A stretch of 64,000 bases of DNA from Camelus ferus (Eukaryota). The notes beneath the pieces are model-generated. The model had not been told where the DNA came from. It worked only from the letters and a program-made list of their open reading frames with translations, and did no database searches. The translations under genes were made by a program, and so were the position numbers. Shown in pieces: positions 49,201 to 61,739 of this stretch. The DNA lies in assembly GCF_009834535.1 (NCBI RefSeq), contig NC_045696.1, forward strand, positions 66,404,001-66,468,000. Reading direction: 5' to 3'. Within the stretch, counting starts at the first letter, position 1. Each line of letters starts with the position of its first letter.

Positions 49201-50587
49201 CAACACAAGATATTTTTCTTTCTTTCTCCCTTGCTTCTGCCTCTTTCTCTCTCTTTCTCTCTCTCTCCTCTCCCACTTCCTCTTTGCCTCCCTTTACTCT
49301 ACCAGGCAGCTTTCCAAGGCTACAGTCAGATGATCATTGGCCAAGAGGAACTCATCTCGGAGAAGACAGACAGCAGGCAAAGTTAAGACACAGCATCTGT
49401 TAATGTTTTATTTTCATGTTAAACATCAGCTAGAGACTTAGGGCGAGCCCTCTGGGGTGGCCAGAGTCGTGCAGCTCACATGCAATGCATGCCATCCACT
49501 CTGGCCTTTGAGACACTGGAGCACAGATGGGCAGCTGCGGGGAATGCAATAGTCAGCAGTTAATCAAATAGCAAATCTCTGGTGTGGTTCAGGATCTGGA
49601 TCCCTGTTCTGAGCAATCAGATTGTGGAATCTGACTGCTCCATTTCTCCAGATGTCACCGGCACCTGTGTTTAATAAATATTTACCCTTGCATTGGTTAA
49701 GTATTTGGATATTTCATTAGCTGATTTTTCAAAGTATTTCATATTTGCTGGTATTTATCTCCATTGTTTGAACTATGTGTCCCCAGATAATATGTTAAAA
49801 AAATGTTTTATATATAAAATAGTTTACCAATAAGTATTTCTCTCCATTAAAAAATTCATTTTCTTGTAATTGTATTGCTCTTTTAACTGAAATATGTTTT
49901 GTTTATTTAACCAATTCCCCACTTCAGATTTTTCCAGAAAATCTTGGCATCTGGTAAAAAGGTGTTTGTAAAAAAAAAGAAGTAAAGTTGACTTCACATT
50001 TAAATTTTAACTTTTCAATTTTAAAATAGTTAATTTTGAATGTGTAGATACAATTAGTATTATCTTTTTGAGAATTTATAATTTCACTGGGAAGTGAAAT
50101 TTGTTGGACCCAAGGAAGTGGAATTCATTACGTTTTAAAATGTCAGTCAGTCATTCATTTGATTGTTTATGGGGTGTTTCTTATTTTCCAGCCCTATGTT
50201 TGCACATTTTTTTACTGTCCTATAAAAAGGCTTAATAATAGATACTATTAGCCCCATATTCCAAATGAATTAACTGACATGTAAAGGGGCCCAGGTCACA
50301 TAATGAATAAAAGTCAAGGCTGAGATTAAATCCAGAGTATTTGGGCTTCTCTCATTGTCCCATGAAGTCTCAATAAACTAATGACAGTTAGTAGTAACAC
50401 AGCTAAATAGCACTGATGTAGCTGTGGCCACCTGTTAGACACCATCACAGACAGTGTCGGATTTTTTTTCACATCACACACAGTTAAGTATTATAACAAT
50501 CAGAAGTCTCAGCTTATATTTATTTAGTGTAGAGAGATGTTAATATTTTTAATCTCAGTCTGTTTGATTCTAAATTCCATACATTCT

Positions 50588-50810
50588 AGGGGTTCTTAAT
50601 CAGGAATGTGTGGATAGAATTCAAGGGGTCCATTGACCTGGAACTGAAAAAAAATGGTCATTTTCATTCTAATCTTTAACTAAAATTTAACATTTTTTTC
50701 AACTATGAAATGGTGACAAGAAAGAAAGAAAGGAAAGAAGGAATCACAGTAGTATTGAAGGCCCAAGGCACCAAAGGTGTCTAGTGTATAAACACGGTTA
50801 AGATTCAAAA
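50588..50810. mobile_element. MER113-like hAT-Charlie fragment
   Basis: ggggttcttaatc...tggatagaattcaaggggtcc...ctaaaatttaacatt...ggttaaga. Confidence 0.5.
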
Positions 50811-51262
50811 CTTCCATACTGTCTCTCAAAAGAGTTATTAAATCCCTACCATAGCACTGGGTTTCATCATACATCAAAAGAAAAAATTACTCCAAGGGAG
50901 CTCAGAGATTTGTGAAGGAAATGGGTGTGAACATAAATATATGTATAGCAGTTAAAGGTCATACAAGGTGGTGAGAGAAGAGAGAAAAACACCAGCGTTA
51001 CCCAGACAGCCTCTCAGGAATAGAAGCCCCCAGAAGACGTTTCTTAAAAGAAAAGCTACATGAACTGCATCATCAAGAATAGGAACTCATCTTTCAACAA
51101 CAGTTCAGGGAATGAGTAAGAATTCTTGGTAAAAAGAATAACTTGTGCAAAGCACTAAAATTTGAGAGTCAGGCTGCATTTGGAGAACTCAAAACATCTC
51201 AGGACGAGTGGGCTGCACGGGGAATGTCAGGGAGTGTCAGAGGCGGAGGCGACAAACCTGTA

Positions 51263-51320
51263 AGGGACCGTGGTGAGCGGACCGTGGTGAGGGGACCGTG
51301 GTGAGGGGACCGTGGTGAGG
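51263..51320. repeat. 14-bp minisatellite, 4 copies
   Basis: (g/a)(g/c)ggaccgtggtga x4. Confidence 0.95.
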
Positions 51321-51949
51321 ATCGCGCTGCCGCAACAAGGTGCTGAGTCCGTGGAAGAGGGGGAAAGACTTGGGAAGGATCTACATGCTCTGAGAATGAG
51401 CAGCGTGTTTAACCAACAACTGATTGGGACTGAACTCTATACACCATCAGTATTCCCTGACTACAAGGGCTGCTTTGCCTCAGACCCGCCTTAAATATCA
51501 GGTACTTGATTTCTTAGAGATGCTGCGGAGAGAGGCGAGGTCGACGAGATGCCCAGTAACATGAGCCGCAGCTGCTTTGTGTGGGGTCTGGGGCTCTGGA
51601 ATTTTAACCAGATGTTATGACACAGCCTCGGTTTGTTTTTCTTCTGAGTGTAGTTCTCACTTTATTCCGTTCACCCAGACCTACAGCTGGGAACAGAGGT
51701 TGGAAACGAGAGGGCTTGTATGGGTTCTAAGGGACGTAAAAGGAAGGAGACGAAAGCGTCGGCACTCGGAATCCTGACTTCTGTTGCAGAGATTAACGTA
51801 GCTCTTCGCGCACTGCTCGGAGGAGAGGAGTCCACAGCTTCAGCTGGAAAAAAAACAAGCGACATTTGCCAAAACTGTTGAGCAGCACTGGTGAGACTAA
51901 AGTTGGGATGGGAGGGGCTTGTGTGTTAATGGTGGCCAGTGATAAAATT

Positions 51950-52590
51950 TATTACAATAACAGTCACTGGGCCCTTTCTGCGTGTCCAACACTATGCTAA
52001 ACATTTTGCAAACATGAGCTCATTTTTTCCTTACAGGAATCCCATGAGGTAGGAATTACTTTTCTCGTTTTACCGATCAGAAAGTTGTGCTTAGCGAGCT
52101 TAAGTAGTTTCTCAGACTTCACCCTACAGTCCACCTGTGCAGAAGCCAAGATTTATATGCAGGTCTGGTTGCCTCCAAGCCCCTGCTCTGTAAAGAGGTA
52201 CTTTTATTTAGTGGAAGGAGCACTTTTTAAGGAGTCGGTCTAGATCTAACTTCTCACTCTGCCACTTGATTCGCTGTGAAATCTGGGGTAAGTGATTTAC
52301 TCTCTGTTTCTTGGCTTCTTTATATGCAAAATGGGATTAGTAATTTTACTTACTGCAGATATTGTTGTGGAAACCAAATGAATTCCTGTACATAAAAAGA
52401 GTTTTCGATGTGATCAAATTCTATGTCAAAGAATTTCCATTATTTTTATTTACCTATCTCCAAGCCTCAGTTTTCATTCCTCTTCAAATTTGGGATAATA
52501 GTAGTCCTGCATAGCGCACGTGGATGTTGGAAGAAACAACCAAGATGATCTACGAGGAAGTGCTTTATAAACTGCAAAGCATTGAACAAA
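51950..52590. mobile_element. Cluster of three MIR fragments (one antisense, two sense)
   Basis: aatcccatgaggtagg...; ctctgccacttg...aagtgatttac...aaaatgggatt; ctccaagcctcagttttc. Confidence 0.65.
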
Positions 52591-54138
52591 TGAGGTAATG
52601 TGCAAGCAATCACCTTATAATTCTAATGGGCTGTAAAGGATTACAGTGATTACTGTCAGTTCCTTGGAGACTAATAACATGTATCACTAGTTAATATTCT
52701 TTCACTTTTATTAGGTTCTTTAGATTGCTGTGGCGTATATTTTCCAAGTCACTTGGCATAGAACTTCCTCCCAGCCAGCTCTCCCACTCCCAGACCCTCT
52801 GCCGCTATAAAACAAGATGACGCCAGTGTGAAAGTGGCAGCGTGTTCTTTGAATGACCTGCCAAAGTCAGAGCCTCATGTCTTACATATCCTAAGATCTG
52901 CACATGCATTAATACTGTAAAAGAGGTTTTGTGAAAGAGACAAATACAAACACCATGAGGTCACTTCTTCCAGAGTGTAACAGGATGCAGACTCTTGGAA
53001 GGAAATAGTATAAATGTCCTATTGGAAAATTTTGTCTCTGAGTACAGAACACATTATAAATTTTTCCAGAATCCTCCAACATACAGTACATCAAACAGTG
53101 TGCCTTTTCTTTTCTTTCCTTTATTTCTCTCTCTCTTTAAGGAGTTCTATTTTCAGAGAAAGGAGGAAAAGCTGGGAGGAGTTTCTAGTTACTAAGGATT
53201 TCCAACATCAGTTTCTGTTCTTCAGGCTCCAGTCTGTTTGCAGAGAGAGCAGTCTGATCAGTCCAGGATCAAGGTCCCAGTCCCACTTTGTCAGCTGGGT
53301 GAGTAGTTCAATTTTCTCAACCCTCTTCATCTGCCAAGGAGGGCAGTGGGACATGCAGTTAAATAAACACTAACGTGGAAATCAGGAGATTTGCAAGTAA
53401 TTGTAGGATGACAAAATAACTTTGAATGATGTCTACTAAATTTCTAACACCACTTGGCAGAGGCTCACTAAACAGTTGTTGAATTATAAAAGGTATATAT
53501 ATGTATATATGTATGTATATACATAAAATACTCAGCAGTCAGCAAAATTTCAACGGCGGCATCATTGTACCGATCTGATTGTTGTACTTCTAGACTGCTG
53601 GTGGTGCTAGCCATGGTGTAGCTGCTTGTTCTGGGAACAAAAGAATGACTCCAGAGGATGTATAAGAGCTGTGAGCTGAACTCAGGTCTGTTGTCTCCAC
53701 TATACTATGTGAGTGAATTGGCCTGTCTGAGCCTCAGTTTCCCTATCTATACATGAAGCAGTTAGACTAGATAATCCCTAAAAAACCTTCCAGCTCTGTG
53801 AGTCTACTCTATATAACACAACACATAACAATTTAGGGATTCTGGACTTGGAAAGAATTTTCTGTAAAAATTCAACCCTAAGTCCCCAGTTCAGAAAAAA
53901 AAAACACATCAAACACATAAAAAGTCATATGATCTCTTATTACAGCCAGTAGTGCCATAGTTTCCTTTGGTGTCTTATCTGAGAACTTGGCTGCTTGGTT
54001 AACTTTTGACTATATATAGAAAAACACTAAGTGGCTAATTGACATCTTTTACTCTTACCTCATACCCTGGGTAATTAATTTTCTTTTTTCAAAAGCCTCA
54101 TAGATTGCAACTGTTGATCTTCAGTCTTTTATTTAGAC

Positions 54139-54574
54139 CAATGATTTTCATTCATGACTGCACATTAATGTCATCTGCACAGCACTTAAAACATAAAGAT
54201 GTCCAGGCCCCATTCTTACTGATTCTGATTTAATTGGTCTGACTTGATTGAGGTGGAGTCCAGTTATCTTTTTTTTTTTTTTTTTTTTGAAGCTATCCAA
54301 GTGATTCTACTAAGTAGTCAGGGTTGAGAACAACTAACCTAGAGCAGTGTCACTTAAATTTTAAAGTGCAAACAAATCACCTGGGGACCTCGTTTAAATG
54401 CAGATTCTGATCCTACAGGTTTGAGGCAGGATCTGAGATTTTATATTTCCAATAAACTACCAGGTGATGATGCTTTGACCTTTGCGATTAGAAGTGTGGT
54501 CCAAGGACCAGCAACATTAGAATCTCTGGGGAGGATGTTAGAATGCAGAATCTCAGGCCCCATCCCAGACCTAC
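54139..54574. mobile_element. Stack of MER5A/B hAT MITEs; the last copy resumes at 55466-55516
   Basis: gattctgatttaattggtctg...gggttgagaacaact; aaatcacctggggacctcgtttaaatgcagattctga; aagtgtggtccaaggaccagcaacat...tctcaggccccatcccagacctac. Confidence 0.8.
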
Positions 54575-55465
54575 TATATTAGATTTCTCTAGAGAAACAG
54601 AACCAATAGGAGATATATAGGTATAAAGAAATTTAAAGAAAAAAAAGAAGAAGACAAATGAACTTAAATATAAAACAGAAACAGACTGACAGACATAGAA
54701 TACAGACTTATGGTTGCCGGGGGGGAGGTGGGTGGGAGGAGAAAGATTGGGAGTTAGAGATTTGTAGATACTGACAGGTATATATAGAATAGATAAACAA
54801 GCTTAAACTGTATAGTACAGGGAAATATATACAAGATCTTGTGGTAGCTCATTGGGAGGAAGAATATGGGAATGAATACTTGTATGTTCATGTAAGACTA
54901 AAAAGTTGTGTTGTGCACCAGAAATTGACACAGCATTGTAAACCGACTATAGCTCAAATAAATAAATAAATACGTAAATAGATAAATAATAATTATGAGG
55001 TATTGGCTCATGTGATTATGGAAGGTCACAATCTCAAGGTGTACGATGGGCAAGCTAGAGACCTAGGAGAGCCGATAGTGTAGTTCCACTCTGATTCTGA
55101 AGGCCTGAGAACCAGGATTGCAGAGGGTGTAGTTCTAGTCTAAATGACATGCTTGACACTCAGGAAGAGCTGATGTTTCAGTTTGAGTCAGCAGGTAGGG
55201 GAAAAGCAAATGTCCCAGCTCAAGGCAGTCAAGGCTGGAGGAGTTCCCTCTTACTCTAGGTGGGTCAGTCTTTTTGTTCTATTCAGGCCTTCAAGTGATT
55301 AGATGGGGCCCACCCACAGTAGGGAGGGCAGTCTGCTTTACTCAGTCTACTAATTCAAGTGTTATTCACATCCAGAAACACCCTGACATGACCAGAATAA
55401 TATTTGACCAAATGCCTGGACACCACATGGCCCAGTCAGGTTGACATATAAAATTAATTATCATA
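54575..55465 (-). mobile_element. MLT2 (ERVL) solo LTR with 5-bp TSD CCTAC
   Basis: tatattagatttctctagagaaacagaaccaatagga ... ggcccagtcaggttgacatataaaattaattatcata; CCTAC at 54570-74 and 55466-70. Confidence 0.9.
54625..54990 (+). mobile_element. 5'-truncated lineage-specific L1 3' UTR inside MLT2
   Basis: acaaatgaactta...aacagaaacagact...gattgggagtt...aactgtatagtacaggga...accagaaattgacacagcattgtaaaccgactata followed by (AAAT)n tail. Confidence 0.85.
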
Positions 55466-55524
55466 CCTACTGAATCAGAATATGTGCATTGAATACATAA
55501 AGTATGAAAAACACTGCGCTTCAA

Positions 55525-56031
55525 TAACACTTCTCAAACTTTTTGAACTGTTGACCCCTTTTAAACTTAAAAATTACTGAGGATGCCAAAGTAGTTGTTT
55601 ATATGGGTTATATCTAGTGATATTTCCTATGTTAGAAATAAAAACTGAGGACTTTCAAGATATTTATTTATTAATTGGTTTCAAAAACAGTAATAAACCC
55701 ATTATATGTTAACATAAATAAAATTTTCATGAAAAATAACCATATATTTTAAAAACAAAAATTATGAGAAGAATTGCATTATTATATGACTTTCCAAATC
55801 TCTTTAATGTCTGGTTTAATATAAAGCAGCTGGATACTCATACTTGCTTTTTAATTTAATGTTTGGCAATGTCATATGTCATGTAGATTCTGGAAAACTC
55901 CACTCTCAGAAGATAAAGAGTGTAAATGGCAAACAACATCTTAATATTATTGTAAAAATCTAACTTTGAACACTCTCTAAAAATGTCTCATGGGCCTCCA
56001 GAGTTTCCAGGACTACCCTTTGAGACTGCTG
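55525..56031. mobile_element. Charlie4a-like hAT non-autonomous element
   Basis: ttctcaaacttttt...aaaaattactgagga...ataaacccattatatgttaacataaata...aaatctctttaatgtctgg...ctggaaaactccact...tttgagactgctg. Confidence 0.75.
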
Positions 56032-56259
56032 TTCAAAAGAAAATCTAGAGAATCAACATAACTCCTTATAAAACAGTCAACCTCGGATCTCACCAGCAAA
56101 CTGGCCAAAATTCTACTGAAATGTAGGGTAATTACAGCACTTTCTGGAAGAAGGCAGCCCTTTTTTTTTTCACCAGCAAATTATGCAGTACTGCCAGCAG
56201 TTTCAAGGACCAATGATTAGAATGCTGTTCTGAAAGTTTACTAACTCCTCGCTCTACAG

Positions 56260-56473
56260 CAAGTTTTTCTCAACCTCAGCACCACTCATATGTTGAGCGG
56301 CATAATTTGTTGCTGAAGTGGGCTGTCCTGTGCAGTGTAGGAGGTCTCACAGCATCTTTGGCCTCTACCCACTAGATACTATCACCTTTTCCCCATTGTG
56401 GCTACCGAAAATGTCTCCAGACAGCATCAAATAGCCCCTGGAAGGCAAAATGATGCCTAGCTGAGAAGCACTG
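56260..56473 (-). mobile_element. MER20 hAT element, near full length
   Basis: ttctcaacctcagcac...gggctgtcctgtgcagtgtagga...ggcctctacccactagat...aaaatgtctccagaca...ggcaaaat...tgagaagcactg. Confidence 0.85.
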
Positions 56474-57004
56474 CTATAGACTAAGAGAAACAATGAGGGT
56501 GGTGACGGTAGGAGACAAGGTTTCTATTTCTGATTTTGTGTTTTTGTGGATGATTGTGCCTTTAACAGGAATCGGAAATAAAGGAAGGAGAAAAGTCTTG
56601 AGAAAAGAGACAGTGAATTCAAGTTTGTGGTGTTGACTTTGAAATATCCAAGGGCTCTCTGCATGGTTAGAACGTGGAGTGTTATCAAAGGAAATGCTAC
56701 CAAAACACTGGAAACAAAGTTTCTCCAGAGTTCCAGAATAACTCCAAGACAATACCACATAATTAGATATGAAAAAGAAATTTTTAAGATTTTTTACTGT
56801 GTTCAGGGCACCTCATAAGACCTCTTAAAAATAGTTGTTATTCTAGCAAATATGACCTTTTTCTGATGAGAAACTGTAGATTGAGAGGAGCTGAGCAACT
56901 GTTCAAAGTAAAAAACTCATAAATGGCTAAGTTTGGTTCGACTCTAGAGTCTAAGGGCTTTCTGCCACCCCCTTCTCTCCCTTCCCCAGTCTCTCAATCT
57001 CTTT

Positions 57005-57335
57005 TTTTCATTCATCAAATATAAATGGTTCCCATGTTCCAGAAAATACATATGGTGCCGGTATACATTAAAGAATAGATATCATCATTGTCCCTTACAG
57101 AGCTCTCAATCTAACAGCAAAGATAGGAAACTAAACAAGGAATAATACTGTGTCAACTGCTATGATCAAGAAATCAGAGCCAAAGGATCCCAAGGCAGGA
57201 CCATTTATTCCAGTCTCTAAAGGGGAGGTCAGGAAAGCTCCCTAATAGAAAGTGATACTTAAGAGCTTACTGATGAGTAAGAATTAGAAAAAGAGGAGGG
57301 GAATGTTCTACTCTGAAGAAATACTGTGTGTTTGA
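57005..57335 (-). mobile_element. L2 3' end
   Basis: ttcattcatcaaata...gtcccttacagagctctcaatcta...ggaggtcaggaaagct. Confidence 0.6.
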
Positions 57336-60300
57336 AGGATGATTCTCGCTGTTTTTAGGTCTAAATTCTTTTGTTTTCTTTACTCTTTTATCCCAACAAC
57401 ACTTACAGCAGTTTGTTAATATGCAATTTCATTAAACCACATCATAAACATGTGGTTGTATTTTTGGAAAGTACCTTTCTCTGAATGTCAATTAAATTGT
57501 ACCAGCAGAGGCGTTATGGCATGGTGGAATACTGAAGCCTAAATCCAAATCCCAAGTTTGTTCATTCCAGGAGTGAGACATTCAGTAAGGTGGTTCCCTT
57601 CTGAATTTTTATTTTCTTCACTTGTAAAATGGCAACGGGCTATTGTAAAGGCCAGAAAACATAATACATACAGAGATGCTTGTCCAAATGTAGGCTTTCA
57701 TTAATAACTAGACTTTTATTCTTCCAGGTCAAAGGATCAGCCTGAAAAAGTCATGAAATGTGAACACAAAAGGCATGTTCAAGTAAAAGCAAGTAACCCA
57801 TATTAGGTGAAGCCTTGAGATCTGATGCTACAAGAGACTGAAAAGCAAGTTTAAACAGTATACTCGTGGGTCTTAAATACAGAGGGAAGAGCTTACTGAG
57901 TTCAATAGGTGATTCTTCCCATGTAGAGGATCACTGTTTATTATTGACACCAGAGCAAAAGCCAATATTCTTTGAGGCAACTCTCCAGCATCTGTCAGTA
58001 TCTATAAAGGTTTTTATAAAGGACACTAGATTATATGCTGTTGTTTTCACAACTGATTCAGAAGTAGTTTAAACATTTTTTCATTTTTCCAAGTATATCT
58101 GATTTGAAATTGGGCTCAGAAAGCTGTTTAATAGATGCAGTAACATTTTGGGGGTACACAAAGAGAAATATAAATATTAAGTTACATTTAGAAATGTCTT
58201 AAGAACTTCCAGACTATATATGTAGCTGTACAGCCAAGAAGCTTGTGTATGCAGCAAGAGTCTGCAGGACCAAGTATGTGGTCTTGGTGAGGTTGCACTG
58301 ATGTCACATAGGACCCTGAGCTGAATGCAAGGGATGTTCTTGAGAAAGCAACTGTGAACTAATTGTCTGGAGAGAGGACCCCTTGAGGCCATTGAGTAGT
58401 CTGGTCTCAGGCACAGCCAGGAGATCCTGTTGAGAAGACCTCTTGAAAAAAATGCACAGTTCAAGACGGGGACATTGCCAAAGACACTTCTGAGAGGTCT
58501 TCTTGAGGAGACCAGAATGGCATCCGGTATGATATACAGAGCCCAAGTCCAGGAGGCACAAGACTCGAATCTGAGTTACTCAGCTAGTAACTATTATTAG
58601 CTGAATCTTCCACAAGTCACTTTACCGCCCTAAGACTCATTTTCATGATCTTCAAAATTTAATAAATCTTATTTATAAGGTTGTTGTGAGAAAGAAATAA
58701 TATCACGTCTCATAAAACTCTTGTGCAATTTAAGATATTGTACAAAACATAACACATAAAATGTAAGTTGCAGACCAGAGAACTCAATAAAAATGTTATT
58801 AAACACAGGAAATGATTAATTTTGTTTTAATTTTTAACAGTATGTATGTATTTGGAGCACAATGCTTTTCTAGGCTCTACACTACCCTAATTTTATCTTA
58901 AACATGTTTAACTCCTTCCCAGTAAAATTAAAAGAAAATTCCCAATTGAAAAGCAAGATAAATCTCAAATAAAGACATAAGTTAATACTTAAGAAAAAAG
59001 AAAAGAGCATGAATTGTTGGCATCATACAAGAAATTGAACTAAACACGGTTAGAAGTGCCCAATGTATAATTCTTGCACAATGTGAGACTTAGTATTTAG
59101 GACTTTCTGACTAATGAGAGAAGGAAAGAGCCTAGAGTCCAGAAGTATTTAAAATTAGCATTAGAAGCCTTTCTTTTCCAGGGGTGTACATTCATTGCTG
59201 CACTTTTTCACTGTGAAATGAGTTTCTGTGACAGTCAGAATGTGGGGACATAATGTTCTCCAACTAGAAGCTAAATGTCTGGAAGTGGATCTTCTGAGAC
59301 AAATGGTATGAGACATTTATTAACGTTTTACATCCGTAGTTAAACTGCTCACTAGAAAGCTCTGACTATTTTTAATTCTCATTAGTAGTCCTAGAGGATG
59401 TCTGTTTTCTCACTATGTTACCAACATGGGATATTCAAAAACTTTCTATTAAGAGTTATAAAATCTACTAGACTATAAACTGTATCAACTATTATATTTT
59501 ATATTTCTTTGAACATAGATAAATGAAGTATTGGTCCTCAAAATTTTGCTCAGTGGTGTAAATAAAACTATTTGATCAGTGGGCAGTCACCCCATCATTT
59601 ATAAGATATTTACAAATTTTCTCACTCCCGTGCGAATGATGTGAAAGTGTCTGTTTTCCTACATCCTGAGTATTATATTTTCCAACCCTCCCCTCAAATC
59701 TTAAAAACTTATAAGAAGAAAATAGTTTACTCTGTTTCATTAGTAAATATTTGAATACAGTTTGGATACATTTTTCTAAACATTAACTTTTATAATAAAT
59801 AAAAAGGGAGAGAATTAGAGTATCTGTAGAATGAATTAATGTCTGGGGTAAATAGGGCAATGGTAAAGATAGATGGGAAGATCAAGCTGGATTTAAAAGC
59901 CAGAACTCTTTTTAAACCAAGATACAGATCATATAGGTAATACAAGAAGTGGAATTAAGGAAATGCAAAAACAGAGCTAGGAAAAAAATAAATAAAATCG
60001 ACCATACACAACTCATTCCATGTGCTCGATGACCAGTAAAAAAAAAAGGTTACCACATTCCAGTACTAGATTCCAGGACCTTTCCTCCTTTCATGAGCTG
60101 GTGCCATGCCACTTTTCATCCTGTCCTTAACCCTTGATTTCATTTCCATCTTGTGGTCTCCCTTCTGCCCTTTGGACTTGGCATGGATGCTTGGATTCCT
60201 TGGCTTTGAACTTTGTTGAACGCTGAAGACTTTGACTCATACTCACCTTTTCAATTCATTGCTCTTGGATCCCTTGGGTAATATCCTTTGGGCCATAACC

Positions 60301-61739
60301 TTTCCAGTATTTCAGACCACAAAGTTTGTGTACAGTACTCATACTGGGGTGTTTCAGGGTGCATTTGCGTAGTTTGGTTAAAGAGGTAATAATGATGGGT
60401 AAAGGTATGGGCTTGTAGATGGAAAAGATTACCTGAGCCTTGCATCCTTTTTTGAGTAGTACTGATATATATACATGATTCGTAATAGTAACAATTATCT
60501 CTTATAATCTGCAAGCATGACCCTGTGTCTTTATTATATGCTATTCAGAATGCAAAGACCTTCAACTATCCATTTACTCATCCAGATCCTTCAAGATTTT
60601 GGCACAAATAGTATCTCCTTCCTTGATTTGGCCAGGCTGTTAGTTGTTCTGTTCTTGGTCCTTCTATATGTGTTTGAACGATCACTGCCGTGTTGTTTTG
60701 TAATGTTTCCAGTTAAATATGTGTCTCCACAACCATACCATCTATTCCCTCTGCTTCACCAAATCTAGCAAGCTGCCCTGCATATAGGAAGCCCTAAGTA
60801 AACCCGTCCTAAGTAACTATCGAGTGATGCCAGTGAGGAGAGCAAAACAAGAACTATTACCTTCATTCCATAGTACGGATGAAGTCACTGAGGAGTAAGA
60901 GACAGAGAGGCCTGCCTGAGGGCCACCCAGCTAGGCACTATCAAATCTGGGACTGAAGTTCAAACTCTCTGAAACTAATCAAACAATTTTTCCCTTCAAA
61001 ATATCACCTTCTAAAAAAAAAAAAATCACCTTTTAATCAAAATGGGATAATAGAACACGAAGCAGCAGTGCATGAAAAGTGTTCTGGGTTTCTAATCCCA
61101 AAGCAAACGTTTCTAAGGTTAAGATTTTACTTGCTTTAATTACATAAGAGGAAATATTATATTCTCCCTGAGCTTATACTGAGGGACAGGGTAGTAAATA
61201 CTCAGTTTATAAAACTCAGAGCTTGTGGCTTCAAATAAGTTCCAAACTGGTGAAAAAATTCATAGATTAGGAATCCTTTTTTTTTTTTTTTAAGTTTAGC
61301 AAATCTGCTGTTATACATTTATGATCATATTCAATTTATACAATGTTTTATATGTACTTCAAGTGGAAATTCCTTAGGGAAGCTATGCAAAGTAGGTTAA
61401 TATAGTATTTTTTTCCCACTTCTCAAATGAAAAAAAAAATACAGAGGATATGAGCAACTTAGGGGCAGAGTCTTCAGTCTTCAGACTTTCCTTGGTTCAC
61501 TGAACTGAGTAATGGAACAAAGAGCTGTTTTATGGCCACACCGCCTCCTCAATCCAGAGTGCTCTGCAGATTCTTGGTTTGTGCAATGGAGCGCACTTAC
61601 TCAGAAATATCTGTGGAACATCCAGAGCAGAGCTGGTGGTGTCACAGTGTGCCTTTGAAGAGCAACAGACTTCCAGCTTTCAAAAAACATCCCCTCTTTG
61701 AGGTTAAATCATCCTCATTGCTCTCTCAACTACTGCTGT

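Noticed and set aside
51263..51320. Regular short repeats as a CRISPR-like array
   Set aside because: Head-to-tail units without spacers, mammalian context, no cas genes.
57500..57515. CTCF-like CCAGCAGAGGCG
   Set aside because: One G short of the core spacing; poor match.
59860..60400. Possible old LTR fragment
   Set aside because: Could not identify termini, TSD or a family-diagnostic motif.
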